Notes under the pieces: generated by a model
The model's database searches: none
Told to the model about the DNA's origin: nothing
Seen by the model: only the letters and a program-made list of their open reading frames with translations
In this document: piece after piece, positions 49,190 to 58,653 of the stretch
Position numbering within the stretch: position 1 is the stretch's first letter
How the letters are laid out: each line of letters begins with the position of its first letter
Made by a program: the position numbers and the translations under genes
From: Deltaproteobacteria bacterium
Lineage (GTDB): Bacteria; Myxococcota_A; UBA9160; SMWR01
Direction: 5' to 3'
DNA length: 64,000 nucleotides
NCBI GenBank assembly: GCA_032128375.1
Contig: JAQBGU010000246.1
Location: forward strand, 37,008 to 101,007

Positions 49190-49780
49190 TCAGGGCGCGG
49201 CGGCCAGGGCGCGGATCGCTACCGCGATGTCGCCGCTCAACTTGCCGAGTGCGAGGCTATGCGCCGCGGCTAGCGCGTCGAAGTCCTGGCCGACGACGGC
49301 CTGCTGCGCAGCAGTGCGACCCGCGTGCGTCGTCCCGCCCGCCGTTGGACGCACGGTCCAGACTGCGTCGACCAACACCGACTCGCCACGCAGCGAGTCG
49401 AAGCGCTGGACGTTGATGGTGACTCGATAGACCGGATCGAAGTTCGCAAAAGGTGCGACCGCCACGTCGGGTGTGCCGAGCAGCACGGAAAGGTCGCTCG
49501 CCACGATGCGGGCGAGGCTCTCTCCCAGCGGCGCCGCCCAGCGGTTGAACTCGTCGATCTCGACGCGGTTCGGCGCGACCTGGACCACGAACTCCGGCCG
49601 GTCGACCGAAGCCGGCACGGACACCGGCCCGACCATGACGCCGTAGTCGGCCGCTGGCGCCGAAACCGGCCTGGCCGTGGCGTTGAGGGTGTAGAAAAGT
49701 GCTGGCTTCGTCGATCCGCACCCCACCACAGTCGTGACCAGAAATGCGGCCAACAACCGCCCTGCCAGATCGATTCTCAT
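49190..49780 (-). CDS. pqiC: PqiC-like lipoprotein (ABC_trans_aux)
   Basis: Lipobox VVGC, FYTL, VGPVSVPASVDRPEFV, RWAAPL. Confidence 0.85.
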   Translation of the reverse strand: MRIDLAGRLLAAFLVTTVVGCGSTKPALFYTLNATARPVSAPAADYGVMVGPVSVPASVDRPEFVVQVAPNRVEIDEFNRWAAPLGESLARIVASDLSVLLGTPDVAVAPFANFDPVYRVTINVQRFDSLRGESVLVDAVWTVRPTAGGTTHAGRTAAQQAVVGQDFDALAAAHSLALGKLSGDIAVAIRALAAAP

Positions 49781-51348
49781 CACTTCGCCTCCCCACTCTT
49801 GCCACGAATCAGCGATTCCGGGTTACGCTCGAGATAGTCCGCCAGTACACGTACCGAGCGAGCTGCGCCGCTCACTTCCTGCAGCGTACTCTCCAGTTGC
49901 TGAATCAATACGGAGTTCGGCGCGACCAGCGCGCTGGCGTCGTCGAGGGTGCCGCGAGCGGCCACGAGCGTCGCATCGAGATCGACGATCGCCTTCTTCA
50001 GATCGTCACCGATCTGCTTGAGCGGCAGCGCATCGAGCTTCTTGACGATGTTCGAGACCTCTGCCTCGAGCTGAGCGATCGTTCCGGGAATGTTGGGCAA
50101 CTCTACCGGCTGCTGCGTCCAGTCGAGCGTCGCCACAGGCGCGTCGGGGAAGAAGTCGAGAGCCACGTAGAGCGCCCCCGTCAGAATGCTGCCGCTGCGA
50201 AGCTGTACCCGGACACCGCGCGCGATGAGCGCATCGACCAGCTTTCTGCGCTGAGCTTCGCGATCCATGCTGGGATCGATCGACCCAACGCGAATGCCGA
50301 GCCTCTCCGGGTCGAGCACCAATGTCACTCGCACGGCGAAATCAAAGGTCGCCTGATCCAGCTGTCCGACCACGTCGATTACCTGGCCGATCGAAATGCC
50401 CCGAAATTGAACCGGTGCACCTGGCTCCAGACCGCGCACATCCTGCTCGAAGATCACCGCGTAGGTCTGCGGATTTTGTGCCGCCGGCAGCAGTGCCGCC
50501 GTGCGGTCAGAAAACAGCGTGTAGGCCGCGTCCTCGGCGGCGGGCGGCAGCCCAGCACCCGCCGCGGGAGTCTCGAACGCGAGCCCGCCGGCCAGAACCG
50601 ACATGAGCGATTCGGTCTGCACACTGATTCCGCTCGCCGAGAGGGACATGTCGATGCCACTGGCATGCCAGAAGCGAGTGGCCGGATTGACGTACTGATC
50701 GTAGGGCGCTTTCACGAAGGCCCTGACCGAGAAGGACTGGCCGTCGTCTGCGAGTTTGTAGGAAGCAACCTCTCCGACCTTCAAGCGCCGGAAGTAGATC
50801 GGCGTGCCGAAGGAGAGCGATCCCAGGTCCGGAGTACTCAACACGAAGAAGCGGCCCGGCATGTCCGCGGTCACTACCGGAGGCTCCTCGAGCGCGACGA
50901 AGCTGCGCTGGGACTTTTTCGATTCACCAATCTCCATGGTGATGTAGTCGCCGGAGAGAAGTGTGCCGAGTCCCGTGATACTGGCCCCTGAGATGCGTGC
51001 ACTCACGACCCAGAAGTGCGTGTCCTCGACCAGGAAGTTCTCCGTCTTCGGGGCCATCCGCGCGGTTGCGATCACCTGCCGGTGATCATCAGACAGGCGG
51101 ATCTTGTCCAACGTCCCCACTTCGACGCCGTTGTAGTTGATCTTGGTCTTGCCGGCCTCGAGCCCGTCGGCCGAGTCGAACACGATCGTGATCTCGGGTC
51201 CTTCAGCGAGGATCCTGCTGATCGCCACCCAGCCACCTACGAGTGCGGCGAGGATCGGAATCAGCCAGACGAACGAGAGCCGCGTGCGCTTGCGCGCGAC
51301 GACCCTGGACTCGGGCGCTTCGGGGAGTGATCCACTGCTCTCAGACAT
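49780..51348 (-). CDS. pqiB: PqiB-like multi-MCE intermembrane transport protein
   Basis: VWLIPIL, GPEITIVF, GLEAGKT, FWVV, GLGTLLSG, TRFWHASG, GSILTGALYV, LERNPESLIRGK. Confidence 0.92.
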   Translation of the reverse strand: MSESSGSLPEAPESRVVARKRTRLSFVWLIPILAALVGGWVAISRILAEGPEITIVFDSADGLEAGKTKINYNGVEVGTLDKIRLSDDHRQVIATARMAPKTENFLVEDTHFWVVSARISGASITGLGTLLSGDYITMEIGESKKSQRSFVALEEPPVVTADMPGRFFVLSTPDLGSLSFGTPIYFRRLKVGEVASYKLADDGQSFSVRAFVKAPYDQYVNPATRFWHASGIDMSLSASGISVQTESLMSVLAGGLAFETPAAGAGLPPAAEDAAYTLFSDRTAALLPAAQNPQTYAVIFEQDVRGLEPGAPVQFRGISIGQVIDVVGQLDQATFDFAVRVTLVLDPERLGIRVGSIDPSMDREAQRRKLVDALIARGVRVQLRSGSILTGALYVALDFFPDAPVATLDWTQQPVELPNIPGTIAQLEAEVSNIVKKLDALPLKQIGDDLKKAIVDLDATLVAARGTLDDASALVAPNSVLIQQLESTLQEVSGAARSVRVLADYLERNPESLIRGKSGEAK

Positions 51349-51982
51349 GGCGAGCCTCTTCTTCGCTCAGGGAGTCCCAAATGAGCCGCGGGTCGAACGA
51401 TTCGACCGCGAGCATGGTTAGCACGACGACCGCTGCAAAGAACAGCAGGCCGGGCGCCGGGGCGACCGACATCAGCGGTTGCAGCTGAACGAGTGCGGCG
51501 GTGAACGCGTCGACGAACACGTCGACCATCGACCAACGACCGATGAACCGGACCATGCGGTATAGCCGAATGCGCTGCGCATTGCTGCTGATCGAGCCGC
51601 GCTGCACGCTGACCAGCAGGTAGACGAGTGACAGGATCTTCGCGCTCGGAATCATGATGCTGGCAAACAACACGATGATCGACAGCGGCCAGCCGGTCGG
51701 CGACCAGAGCAGCACGACGCCCTGTAGGATGGTGTCGGATTCGCTGCCTGCGGCGGTCGTCGTCGTCAGAACGGGCAGCAGATTTGCCGGCAGGTAACAG
51801 ATCGCGGCGCCGAGCACGTACGCCCAGGTTCGCTGGAGGCTCGCCGGCTTGCGGAATTCCGTTTCCGCATTGCAGCGCGGACAGTGACAATCGTGTTCGC
51901 CAGCCGCGGGCCGCGAGAGCAGACCGCAGTCCTCGCAACTCTGGAGGCCGAGCTGCATCCCGGTCGCGCCGGCTTGACTCAC
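51341..51982 (-). CDS. pqiA: Paraquat-inducible protein A (C-terminal half-type)
   Basis: CEDC/CPRC, YLPANLLP, GRWSMVDVFV, FDPRLIWD; GTGA overlap with the upstream gene. Confidence 0.9.
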   Translation of the reverse strand: MSQAGATGMQLGLQSCEDCGLLSRPAAGEHDCHCPRCNAETEFRKPASLQRTWAYVLGAAICYLPANLLPVLTTTTAAGSESDTILQGVVLLWSPTGWPLSIIVLFASIMIPSAKILSLVYLLVSVQRGSISSNAQRIRLYRMVRFIGRWSMVDVFVDAFTAALVQLQPLMSVAPAPGLLFFAAVVVLTMLAVESFDPRLIWDSLSEEEARHV

Positions 51983-52704
51983 GACTGCTCCACCACGGCC
52001 TGACGCGGCGAACCGGCGGTCCGCTGCGCGGCCTGCGCCCACGCGACGCGTTCCCAGAGTTCCCGGGGGTCGAAGCTGGCTTGAATCGCAGCGAGCAGAA
52101 ACACCAACGCGCCCAGCGCGAACATCGCCAATCCCGGGATGACCGTGGCGAGTTCGGCAATTTTGATCAGAGCAACCAACACCCCCAGCATCATGACCTC
52201 GATCATGCTCCACGTTCCGGCGGTTGGATAATGCCGGAGCAGCACGCCCATCCAGGGCGGCAGCGACTCCCGGTGCGCCACCAGCGAAAACAGGAACCCG
52301 AATCCGATCTGTAGACCGGGTGCAATCACGGCCGTGAGCAGCACCAGCCCCGCGACGATCTGTTGGCCGTCGCGCCAGAGCTGTACGGCCCCTCCAAACA
52401 CCGTGGTGCTCGCCTCGCGGCCGACCGCCGCAAGCCCCAGCATGGGCGAAGTGTTGGCGACCACGTAGAGCAGCAGAGCCGCGATCGTGAACGGTAGCAG
52501 GCGGTGATGCCGATGGTCCTTGCGCCGCCGCAGTTCCATGTCGCAGCGCGGGCAACGTGCCGACCCCCCTGGCTCGAGAGACGGCAGGCGCTGCACCAGA
52601 TCGCATTCCGGGCAGGCGACAAGCAGGGGATCTGAGACGCGCTGGTTGTACAGGACACCACCCGAAGCTGCGTGGGAGATGCGCGCAGGATTGCGCGCAG
52701 GCAC
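51979..52704 (-). CDS. pqiA: Paraquat-inducible protein A (N-terminal half-type)
   Basis: ACPECDL, ARCPRC, WSMIEVMMLGVLVALIKI; start uncertain. Confidence 0.88.
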   Translation of the reverse strand: MPARNPARISHAASGGVLYNQRVSDPLLVACPECDLVQRLPSLEPGGSARCPRCDMELRRRKDHRHHRLLPFTIAALLLYVVANTSPMLGLAAVGREASTTVFGGAVQLWRDGQQIVAGLVLLTAVIAPGLQIGFGFLFSLVAHRESLPPWMGVLLRHYPTAGTWSMIEVMMLGVLVALIKIAELATVIPGLAMFALGALVFLLAAIQASFDPRELWERVAWAQAAQRTAGSPRQAVVEQS

Positions 52705-52749
52705 GCCTTGCGCAACCGCGCCCGCTGCCGTTGGGGACTCTCTCGCCAG

Positions 52750-53434
52750 CTAACTCACCAGAAAGAACGGAAGTTGGGCGTGATCCAGCGCCAGGGCGTA
52801 ATCACCCACCGCGTAGTGAGTGTTGCGGAGATCGATGCGTGCTTCCAGATGCGACGATGCGGGGTCGGCGAGATCGAACATCGGGCCTGCCCGCCCGAGA
52901 TTGAGACGCTGCGCACCTCGAATCGTTCGCTGAGCTTGGCCGGCGGGCGTTCGCGATGCGAGACGCGCTCCGACTTCTCTTTCAGCAACTTCGAGAAACC
53001 CAGCAGGCCGCCTGACGTTGTCCCGAACGGGTGCGGACGAGGCGGAGCGTCGGGCCGACGAGATCGAGCCGCTGCATTTGGAACGGTTTGTCGGGACGCG
53101 GGATATTCGAGAGCACCGCAGTGAGCGAATCCATCGCGATCGATTCGGTAGTCGATTCGGGATCGGGGCTGGTGAGCCGCACTCCACGCAAGACGATGGT
53201 ACGCGCAAGGGTGTAGATCAGATCGTCGAAGATGAACGTCGGGTTGAGGTGGACGGCGGCCAGCGATCGCAGTTCCTGGCCCATCCAGCGCTCGACGGCG
53301 CCCCTCCAAACGCTGGCCGCAATCGCCAAGACCCCGATTGCGATTGCTACCGCGATCGTTCGAATACCGAGGACAGAACTCCGTATGGTTCGGAACACCT
53401 GCCGAACGACGAGATTCCAAGATTCAGTTGCCAC
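52750..53434 (-). pseudogene. Frameshifted fragment of a membrane-anchored beta-rich (AsmA-like?) protein
   Basis: N-terminal TM and IVLRGVRLTSP...LDLVGPTLRLVR in one frame, GGLLGFSKLL...VRSVSISGGQ in a second, FDLADPASSHLEARIDLRN in a third. Confidence 0.5.
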
Positions 53435-53446
53435 AGGTTTTGCGCC

Positions 53447-54397
53447 TCACGGGTTTCGGCGCCGGGTCATTTGCTTGGAACGAGTGCTGAGCCGGCCGAC
53501 GAACATGCCCCACATCGCGGTGATGACACACAGTGCGCCGCAGACCAGCCAGAATGCCTGGGGATCGTGGTCGCCCGGAATGCCGGCGACGTTGATTCCG
53601 AGTAGCCCGGTGACGAAGCTCAGGGGCAGGAACACGGTGGCCACCCAGGTGAAGCGATAGGTGGATTTGTTCATGGAGTCGGCGAGCTCGTCCCGAATCT
53701 GGCCCTGCAACGCCGCGGCCCGATCGATCGACAGATTCAGGAGTTGGTGGTGCTGCGCGAAGACGTTGGCGATCCCGTCGAGATCGTCGCGAACCGCCCC
53801 GTCTATCGTCGAGTGCGGCTGGGACGCAATGAAGTTGATCATATTCGCCAAGGTTGCGCGCAAACGGCGTGTATAGATCACCTGATTCTGAAACTCGGCG
53901 ACGCGTTGGAGCGGAGGATTGCCAGAGTCGGTCACGAAGTCGTCTTCAAGCTGGTCGATGGTCGCGTTCAGGTCGTGAAGGTTCCGTTCCAGGCGGTCCA
54001 GCCCGTCCGACAACAGTAAGGCGACCAGATCCCAGGAATTGGAGGGCCCCGCCCCCACCGAACAGGCCTGCGCGGCTCTTTGGAGTGCGGGCACCTCGCC
54101 GCGGCTTACGGTGATGATCCGGCCAGGCTCGAGCCAGATTCCGAAACTGATGAACGCAGTCGTCGCGGCGTTCCCGCCAGACACCGTGGAGTAGACATTG
54201 AGGTGAAGTGCCCGGCCGAATCGGCGCCAGCAGGTAACCGATGCAGGTTCGAGCAGTCTGTTGATGATCTCTTCGTCGAGGCCGCTCTGGTTGGCCAACC
54301 AGCGTCGGCCCTCGTCGTCCTTGACTTCGGTGTTGATCCAGGTTTCGCCCGGCGCAACCTCAGAATCAAGATTTGAGCGAAGCTGGATCGTCTGCAT
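53447..54397 (-). CDS. CorA/ZntB-family divalent cation transporter
   Basis: IDQLED, VATVFLPLSFVTGLLGINVAGIPG, two C-terminal TM helices. Confidence 0.88.
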   Translation of the reverse strand: MQTIQLRSNLDSEVAPGETWINTEVKDDEGRRWLANQSGLDEEIINRLLEPASVTCWRRFGRALHLNVYSTVSGGNAATTAFISFGIWLEPGRIITVSRGEVPALQRAAQACSVGAGPSNSWDLVALLLSDGLDRLERNLHDLNATIDQLEDDFVTDSGNPPLQRVAEFQNQVIYTRRLRATLANMINFIASQPHSTIDGAVRDDLDGIANVFAQHHQLLNLSIDRAAALQGQIRDELADSMNKSTYRFTWVATVFLPLSFVTGLLGINVAGIPGDHDPQAFWLVCGALCVITAMWGMFVGRLSTRSKQMTRRRNP

Positions 54398-54651
54398 AAC
54401 AGTCCATGGCAGTGATGGGACGGAGATGTCCGTGCGAAGAACACGAGGTGCGTTCTGCGCGATTTCCCCGGCACGGCAGAGGCCTGCCCGTGGTCGCGGA
54501 AGGCTACGGAATCTACACCAGCAGGACCAGGAGCGGAGACTTTCTCGATCTCCATCTTCGACTCCAGCCCCCTTTCTCGACGTCAGCGAGCGATCTGTGC
54601 CGGGAGACGGCCGATCGCTTAGGCTCTGGACTCCGGGATGGAGGCACCACC

Positions 54652-54966
54652 ATGTCAGCAATCTTCAGGAGGCTTGTCACGACGGGTGTGCTCGTAGCGC
54701 TGCTCCTTCCTGTCACGAGCCGGGTGGGCTCGAGTCAGGAGCTGTCGACACCGCCGCCCGTCAGCGGACGCAGGTTGTCCGATGCGGCCAGCATTCTTCC
54801 GGCCGATGTGCTCGCTCGTGTAGAGCTGCTTCGGGACGACCTGGATCTGATTCGGCTCTTCATGGGGAAGCCCGAGCCACCCTCCGCGCTTCTCCGCGTC
54901 GATGCCGCGCGGAAGGCGCGGCGGGCGAAGCAACAGGGCCGATCACCCGACGCGGCAGGCGTCTGA
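54652..54966 (+). pseudogene. Probable 5' fragment of a larger exported protein
   Basis: GGAGG RBS + ATG, signal peptide, helical ILPADVLARVELLRDDLDLIRLFMGKP, then an unstructured tail and early stop. Confidence 0.4.
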
Positions 54967-55072
54967 GGTCAGACGACGAGGCGCTGCCCGTCTGCGCCGC
55001 CACGACCTGCGAATGCGAGCGACTCCGTCACGCTCGAAAGAATTGCTCGGGCACTCGGAAACAAATTTCGTC

Positions 55073-55636
55073 TCACCTCGCGGTGCGCCGCTGCCAGAGG
55101 ATCACCGCGACACCCACGAGGACGGCTGGAATCAGCAGCACCCAGAAGAACTCCTCGACCAGCGCCGCGCAGGCGGCGGCCACACCCACCAGCACACCCA
55201 GTACCGCGAGGCGCCAGTCGAAGTGGACGCCCGCCAGAAGTGTGGTGAGCGCCAGTGTCAGCATCGCGACCAGGCCGGCGTCTTCGCGGTTGAGACGCCC
55301 GGTCCGCTCGAGCAGAAAGATGAGATAGAAGGCAAGGGCCAACGCGCCCCAGTGAAGGAGCTGCCTGGCCATGACCCATCCCACGGCCTGGCCTTGTCCC
55401 GAGGCGCGTTTCCAGCCGGTGTAGACGCTCACCGCGGCAAAGATCGGGACCATCATGAGCCAGTAATCAAGACCCCGGCTCGCAGAAAAGTCGGCAATCG
55501 CGAGGCCTCCCAGCGTAAGCAGCAGCACTGCGCCGAAGCCGATCTCTTCGGCGCGATTTCGGTGGGTCGCGGCCGGCGTGGAGTCGGCCCCGGCTGCGCT
55601 CGGCCGATCCTCGGGCAGCGGAGTCGCGCTAGACAT
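55073..55636 (-). CDS. Hypothetical multi-pass membrane protein
   Basis: About 6 hydrophobic segments; QLLHWGALALA, TTLLAGVHFDWRL; GGAG RBS. Confidence 0.8.
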   Translation of the reverse strand: MSSATPLPEDRPSAAGADSTPAATHRNRAEEIGFGAVLLLTLGGLAIADFSASRGLDYWLMMVPIFAAVSVYTGWKRASGQGQAVGWVMARQLLHWGALALAFYLIFLLERTGRLNREDAGLVAMLTLALTTLLAGVHFDWRLAVLGVLVGVAAACAALVEEFFWVLLIPAVLVGVAVILWQRRTAR

Positions 55637-55641
55637 TCCGC

Positions 55642-55944
55642 CTACTCCTGCTTCTGTCGTTTCTCGGCTGTTTCGTCGAGTACCGCGTTGTATGCATCAC
55701 CGGATGCGTCGTCTCCGGCATCGCGTGCCTTCTCGTAGGCCTTCTGATAGACCCCGGCCGAATCTTCCAGGTTGCCCTCCAGCGTCGATCCCGCTTGCTT
55801 GGCCGTGGCGGCCGCTTGTGCGGCGGCGCGCTCCGACTCGATCTCGACCCGTTCGACGCGCACCGTCGGCGTTTCGTCGCTGCAGCCGAGCGCCGCGCCG
55901 AGTCCAATCGCGTAGATCATGAGGTACAACGCAAGCCTGCCCAT
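55642..55944 (-). CDS. Small helical lipoprotein
   Basis: GGAGAG RBS, lipobox AALGC, Ala/Glu-rich helical body. Confidence 0.65.
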   Translation of the reverse strand: MGRLALYLMIYAIGLGAALGCSDETPTVRVERVEIESERAAAQAAATAKQAGSTLEGNLEDSAGVYQKAYEKARDAGDDASGDAYNAVLDETAEKRQKQE

Positions 55945-56153
55945 GGTCTCTCCTCCGGGTGCGCCAATGCGTCGCGACGGCCCGCCAGCTGGAGCTGCCG
56001 AATCGATGCCGCGCGCAGGCAAGTTAAGCATACCGCTGGCGGCGATGCTGTCCTTACGGCGGTACTTGTGTACGGCACTACCCTGGGCGGTTCGTGCGCT
56101 CAGGCTGACAGCGCTGAGTCGTGCCGCATAGCCGAACAGTGCGCCGTCTGCGA

Positions 56154-56552
56154 TCACGGAACGGGAAATTCGTAGTGGATCTGATCGAATGAGGCCGCGG
56201 GGAACACGTACAACAGTCGGAGGAGTTCCGTACCTGTATTGAATGCGCCGTGCAACGCATCACCAGGGACGAACACCGCTGTCCCCGCTCGTACCCGATG
56301 CTCTATGCCTTCGATTCTGACGACGCCTTCGCCCGAAATGATGTAATAGAGCTCGGCCTGCTTGTGTCGATGGGGACGAAAATCGCGCGCCTCCCCCGGC
56401 TCGAGTTCGGCCACGCCCATCGTGAGAGAATCCGTCGGGGTGCGATCGGCGCTGACGAGAGTGCGCCAGCGAAGGTTCGAATCGGCGGGCTCGTCCCACT
56501 GCTCGAACTCGCACTCCAATTCGTGAACAACGAAGGGCTGGGATTTAGCCAT
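56154..56552 (-). CDS. Cupin protein, DddW/DddK DMSP-lyase-like
   Basis: W...RWRTLV...LTMGVAELEPG...PHRHKQAELYY...GTAVFVPGDALHG...FPAASFDQIHYEF. Confidence 0.75.
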   Translation of the reverse strand: MAKSQPFVVHELECEFEQWDEPADSNLRWRTLVSADRTPTDSLTMGVAELEPGEARDFRPHRHKQAELYYIISGEGVVRIEGIEHRVRAGTAVFVPGDALHGAFNTGTELLRLLYVFPAASFDQIHYEFPVP

Positions 56553-56702
56553 GCGACATGCCCCGGGTTTCCGCGCCCGCTCAGTCGGAGATCGCTCGGT
56601 ATCCGTCCTGGCGCATCCAGATTAGCGGAAACCCGCTGCCGTCCATTCGCTCAGCGTCGCTGGCGCCGCAGCCCTTGCAGTCGACGATCTTGTCCCGTAC
56701 AT

Positions 56703-56718
56703 TCAAACGAACGTTTGA
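56703..56718. promoter_or_regulatory. Perfect palindrome TCAAACG-AA-CGTTTGA, PsrA-type TetR operator
   Basis: Matches the CAAAC-N4-GTTTG PsrA consensus; just upstream of a PsrA-like TetR gene. Confidence 0.8.
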
Positions 56719-56750
56719 CTGAACCGTTTGACTGAACCGTTTGACTGAAC
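56712..56750. repeat. 3 perfect copies of the 13-bp unit CGTTTGACTGAAC
   Basis: Units at 56712, 56725 and 56738; the first overlaps the right arm of the operator. Confidence 0.95.
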
Positions 56751-56752
56751 AA

Positions 56753-57457
56753 ATGAGAGCGACGATGCGTTCCACTTCCTCCCCAGTCCGAGTCAATCGG
56801 AGTCGGCGACCGAAGCCCGCGCGCGACCCCAAGGCGGTACTCGACACGCCGACCGCCATTTTGGACGCCGCAGAGTCGCTGTTCATCCAGAAGGGCTACG
56901 CGGGTACTTCGCTGCGAGCGATCGCAGCGCGCGCCGGCGTGAACCTCGCTTCGGCTCACTATCACTTCGGCTCGAAAGCCGGGCTGCTCGGCGCGGTCAT
57001 TCACCTCCGCGTGGGGCCGGCGAATCAACAACGCAACGCAGCTCTGGACGCGCTGCAGCGGGAGACTCCCCATCCCAACGTGGTGCAGCTTCTCGAAGCC
57101 TATTTTCTGCCGCTCGCTACCGGGGGCGTCTCAGAGCAGCTGCCTCGCTTGGTTGCGAGGCTCTATGGCGAACCCGAATCGGTTTCGCAGCCGCTGATCG
57201 AGCGGGAATTCGGCGCGATCTCGCGGCGCTTTCTGGTTGCGTTGGGGGCGGCACTACCGCACGTCGATGAGGACGAGCTGGCCTGGCGTTTTCATTTCAT
57301 GATCGGCGCGATGATTCACCTGATGGCGTTCGAAGCTCCCCCCAGATTGAAAGCGTCAGCGTATTCGAACGCGGATGGACTCGCCCGGCTGCTCGCATTT
57401 TCCGCGGCTGGGATCACCCACGGAGTCCCGAGTGCGCGCTTGGAGAAACGAGCATGA
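56753..57457 (+). CDS. TetR family regulator, PsrA-like
   Basis: ILDAAESLF...TSLRAIAARAGVNLASAHYHFGSK; C-terminal ELAWRFHFMIGA. Confidence 0.88.
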   Translation: MRATMRSTSSPVRVNRSRRPKPARDPKAVLDTPTAILDAAESLFIQKGYAGTSLRAIAARAGVNLASAHYHFGSKAGLLGAVIHLRVGPANQQRNAALDALQRETPHPNVVQLLEAYFLPLATGGVSEQLPRLVARLYGEPESVSQPLIEREFGAISRRFLVALGAALPHVDEDELAWRFHFMIGAMIHLMAFEAPPRLKASAYSNADGLARLLAFSAAGITHGVPSARLEKRA

Positions 57458-58653
57458 ACCTAAAAGGGGCGACTCCTGCGCTCATCCTGGTGGGTGGTGT
57501 GGGCTTCGCTGGGCTGTTGATCGCGACGGGTCCCAAAGTCGAGCCGCGTGCACCCAGCGTGAGCACACCGCTCGTTCGCGTTCTGGATGTGGTGCCGAAA
57601 AATATTCAGCTTTCCGTGTCGACACACGGAACAGTCGTGCCTCGAACCGAAAGTGAACTGGTGCCGGAGGTGTCGGGGCCGGTGATCTGGATGTCGCCGG
57701 CGATGGTGTCGGGTGGGTTCTTCGCGAAGGGGCAAGCACTGCTGCGAATCGACCGACTCGAATACGAAGTGGCGCTCGAAGAGGCGCGCGCCGGTCTGGC
57801 ACGTGCTGAGAGCGAAATTTCCGCTGCGGGCAAAGCGCAGGAACGCCAGCTCGACCTGGCACGCCGGCAGGTGTCGAGCGATTCCCGACGCGACGATGCG
57901 GTGAACCGGTTCGGTGTCGCAGAGGCCTCGCTGCGCGAGGCAAGCGCGCGTCTGACGCGTGCGAAGCGCAACCTGGCACGCACCGAGATCGTTGCGCCGT
58001 ATACCGGGCGTGTGCGTTCCGAGCACATCGACGTCGGCCAGTTTGTCAATCGCGGTACCCCTGTGGCCACGGTCTACGCGGTCGACTTCGCGGAGGTGCG
58101 GTTGCCCGTGCCCGACGAAGAACTGGCCTTCCTCGATCTTCCGATGCTGCCGGGCGCACCAGATAGCGCGAACGCAGCACCCGTCATTCTGCGGGCCCGC
58201 TTTGCGGGCGGTGAACATTCCTGGCGCGGTGTGATCGCGCGCACCGAAGGAGAACTCGATCCGAAGACTCGGATGGTCAACGTGGTGGCGCGGGTCGCTG
58301 ACCCGTACGGTCAGACCGAGGGTCGGCCTCCGCTTGCGGTGGGGCTATTCGTCGAGGCGGAGATTCTGGGGCCCCAGGCGGAAAACGTGGTGGTGTTGCC
58401 GCGCTCGGCGCTGCGCGGTGACGGACGGGTTCTGTTGGTCGACCCCGAAGACCGATTGCATTTTCGCGATGTCGAGGTGCTTCGCATTGCGCGCGATGAG
58501 GTCTACGTCAGCGCTGGGCTCGCATCCGGCGAGCGGGTGTGTATTTCTCCGCTGGAGAGCGCGACCGACGGGATGGCTGTGCGCGTGGTCGGGGGCGCTG
58601 CCTCGCTCAGGTCGTTGGTGGAAGCTGCACCGAACCGGGAGCCTTCGACTTGA
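57454..58653 (+). CDS. RND efflux membrane fusion protein
   Basis: HGTVVPRTE, PEVSG, APYTGRV, DVGQFV, LDPKTRM, VGLFVEAEI. Confidence 0.9.
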   Translation: MNLKGATPALILVGGVGFAGLLIATGPKVEPRAPSVSTPLVRVLDVVPKNIQLSVSTHGTVVPRTESELVPEVSGPVIWMSPAMVSGGFFAKGQALLRIDRLEYEVALEEARAGLARAESEISAAGKAQERQLDLARRQVSSDSRRDDAVNRFGVAEASLREASARLTRAKRNLARTEIVAPYTGRVRSEHIDVGQFVNRGTPVATVYAVDFAEVRLPVPDEELAFLDLPMLPGAPDSANAAPVILRARFAGGEHSWRGVIARTEGELDPKTRMVNVVARVADPYGQTEGRPPLAVGLFVEAEILGPQAENVVVLPRSALRGDGRVLLVDPEDRLHFRDVEVLRIARDEVYVSAGLASGERVCISPLESATDGMAVRVVGGAASLRSLVEAAPNREPST

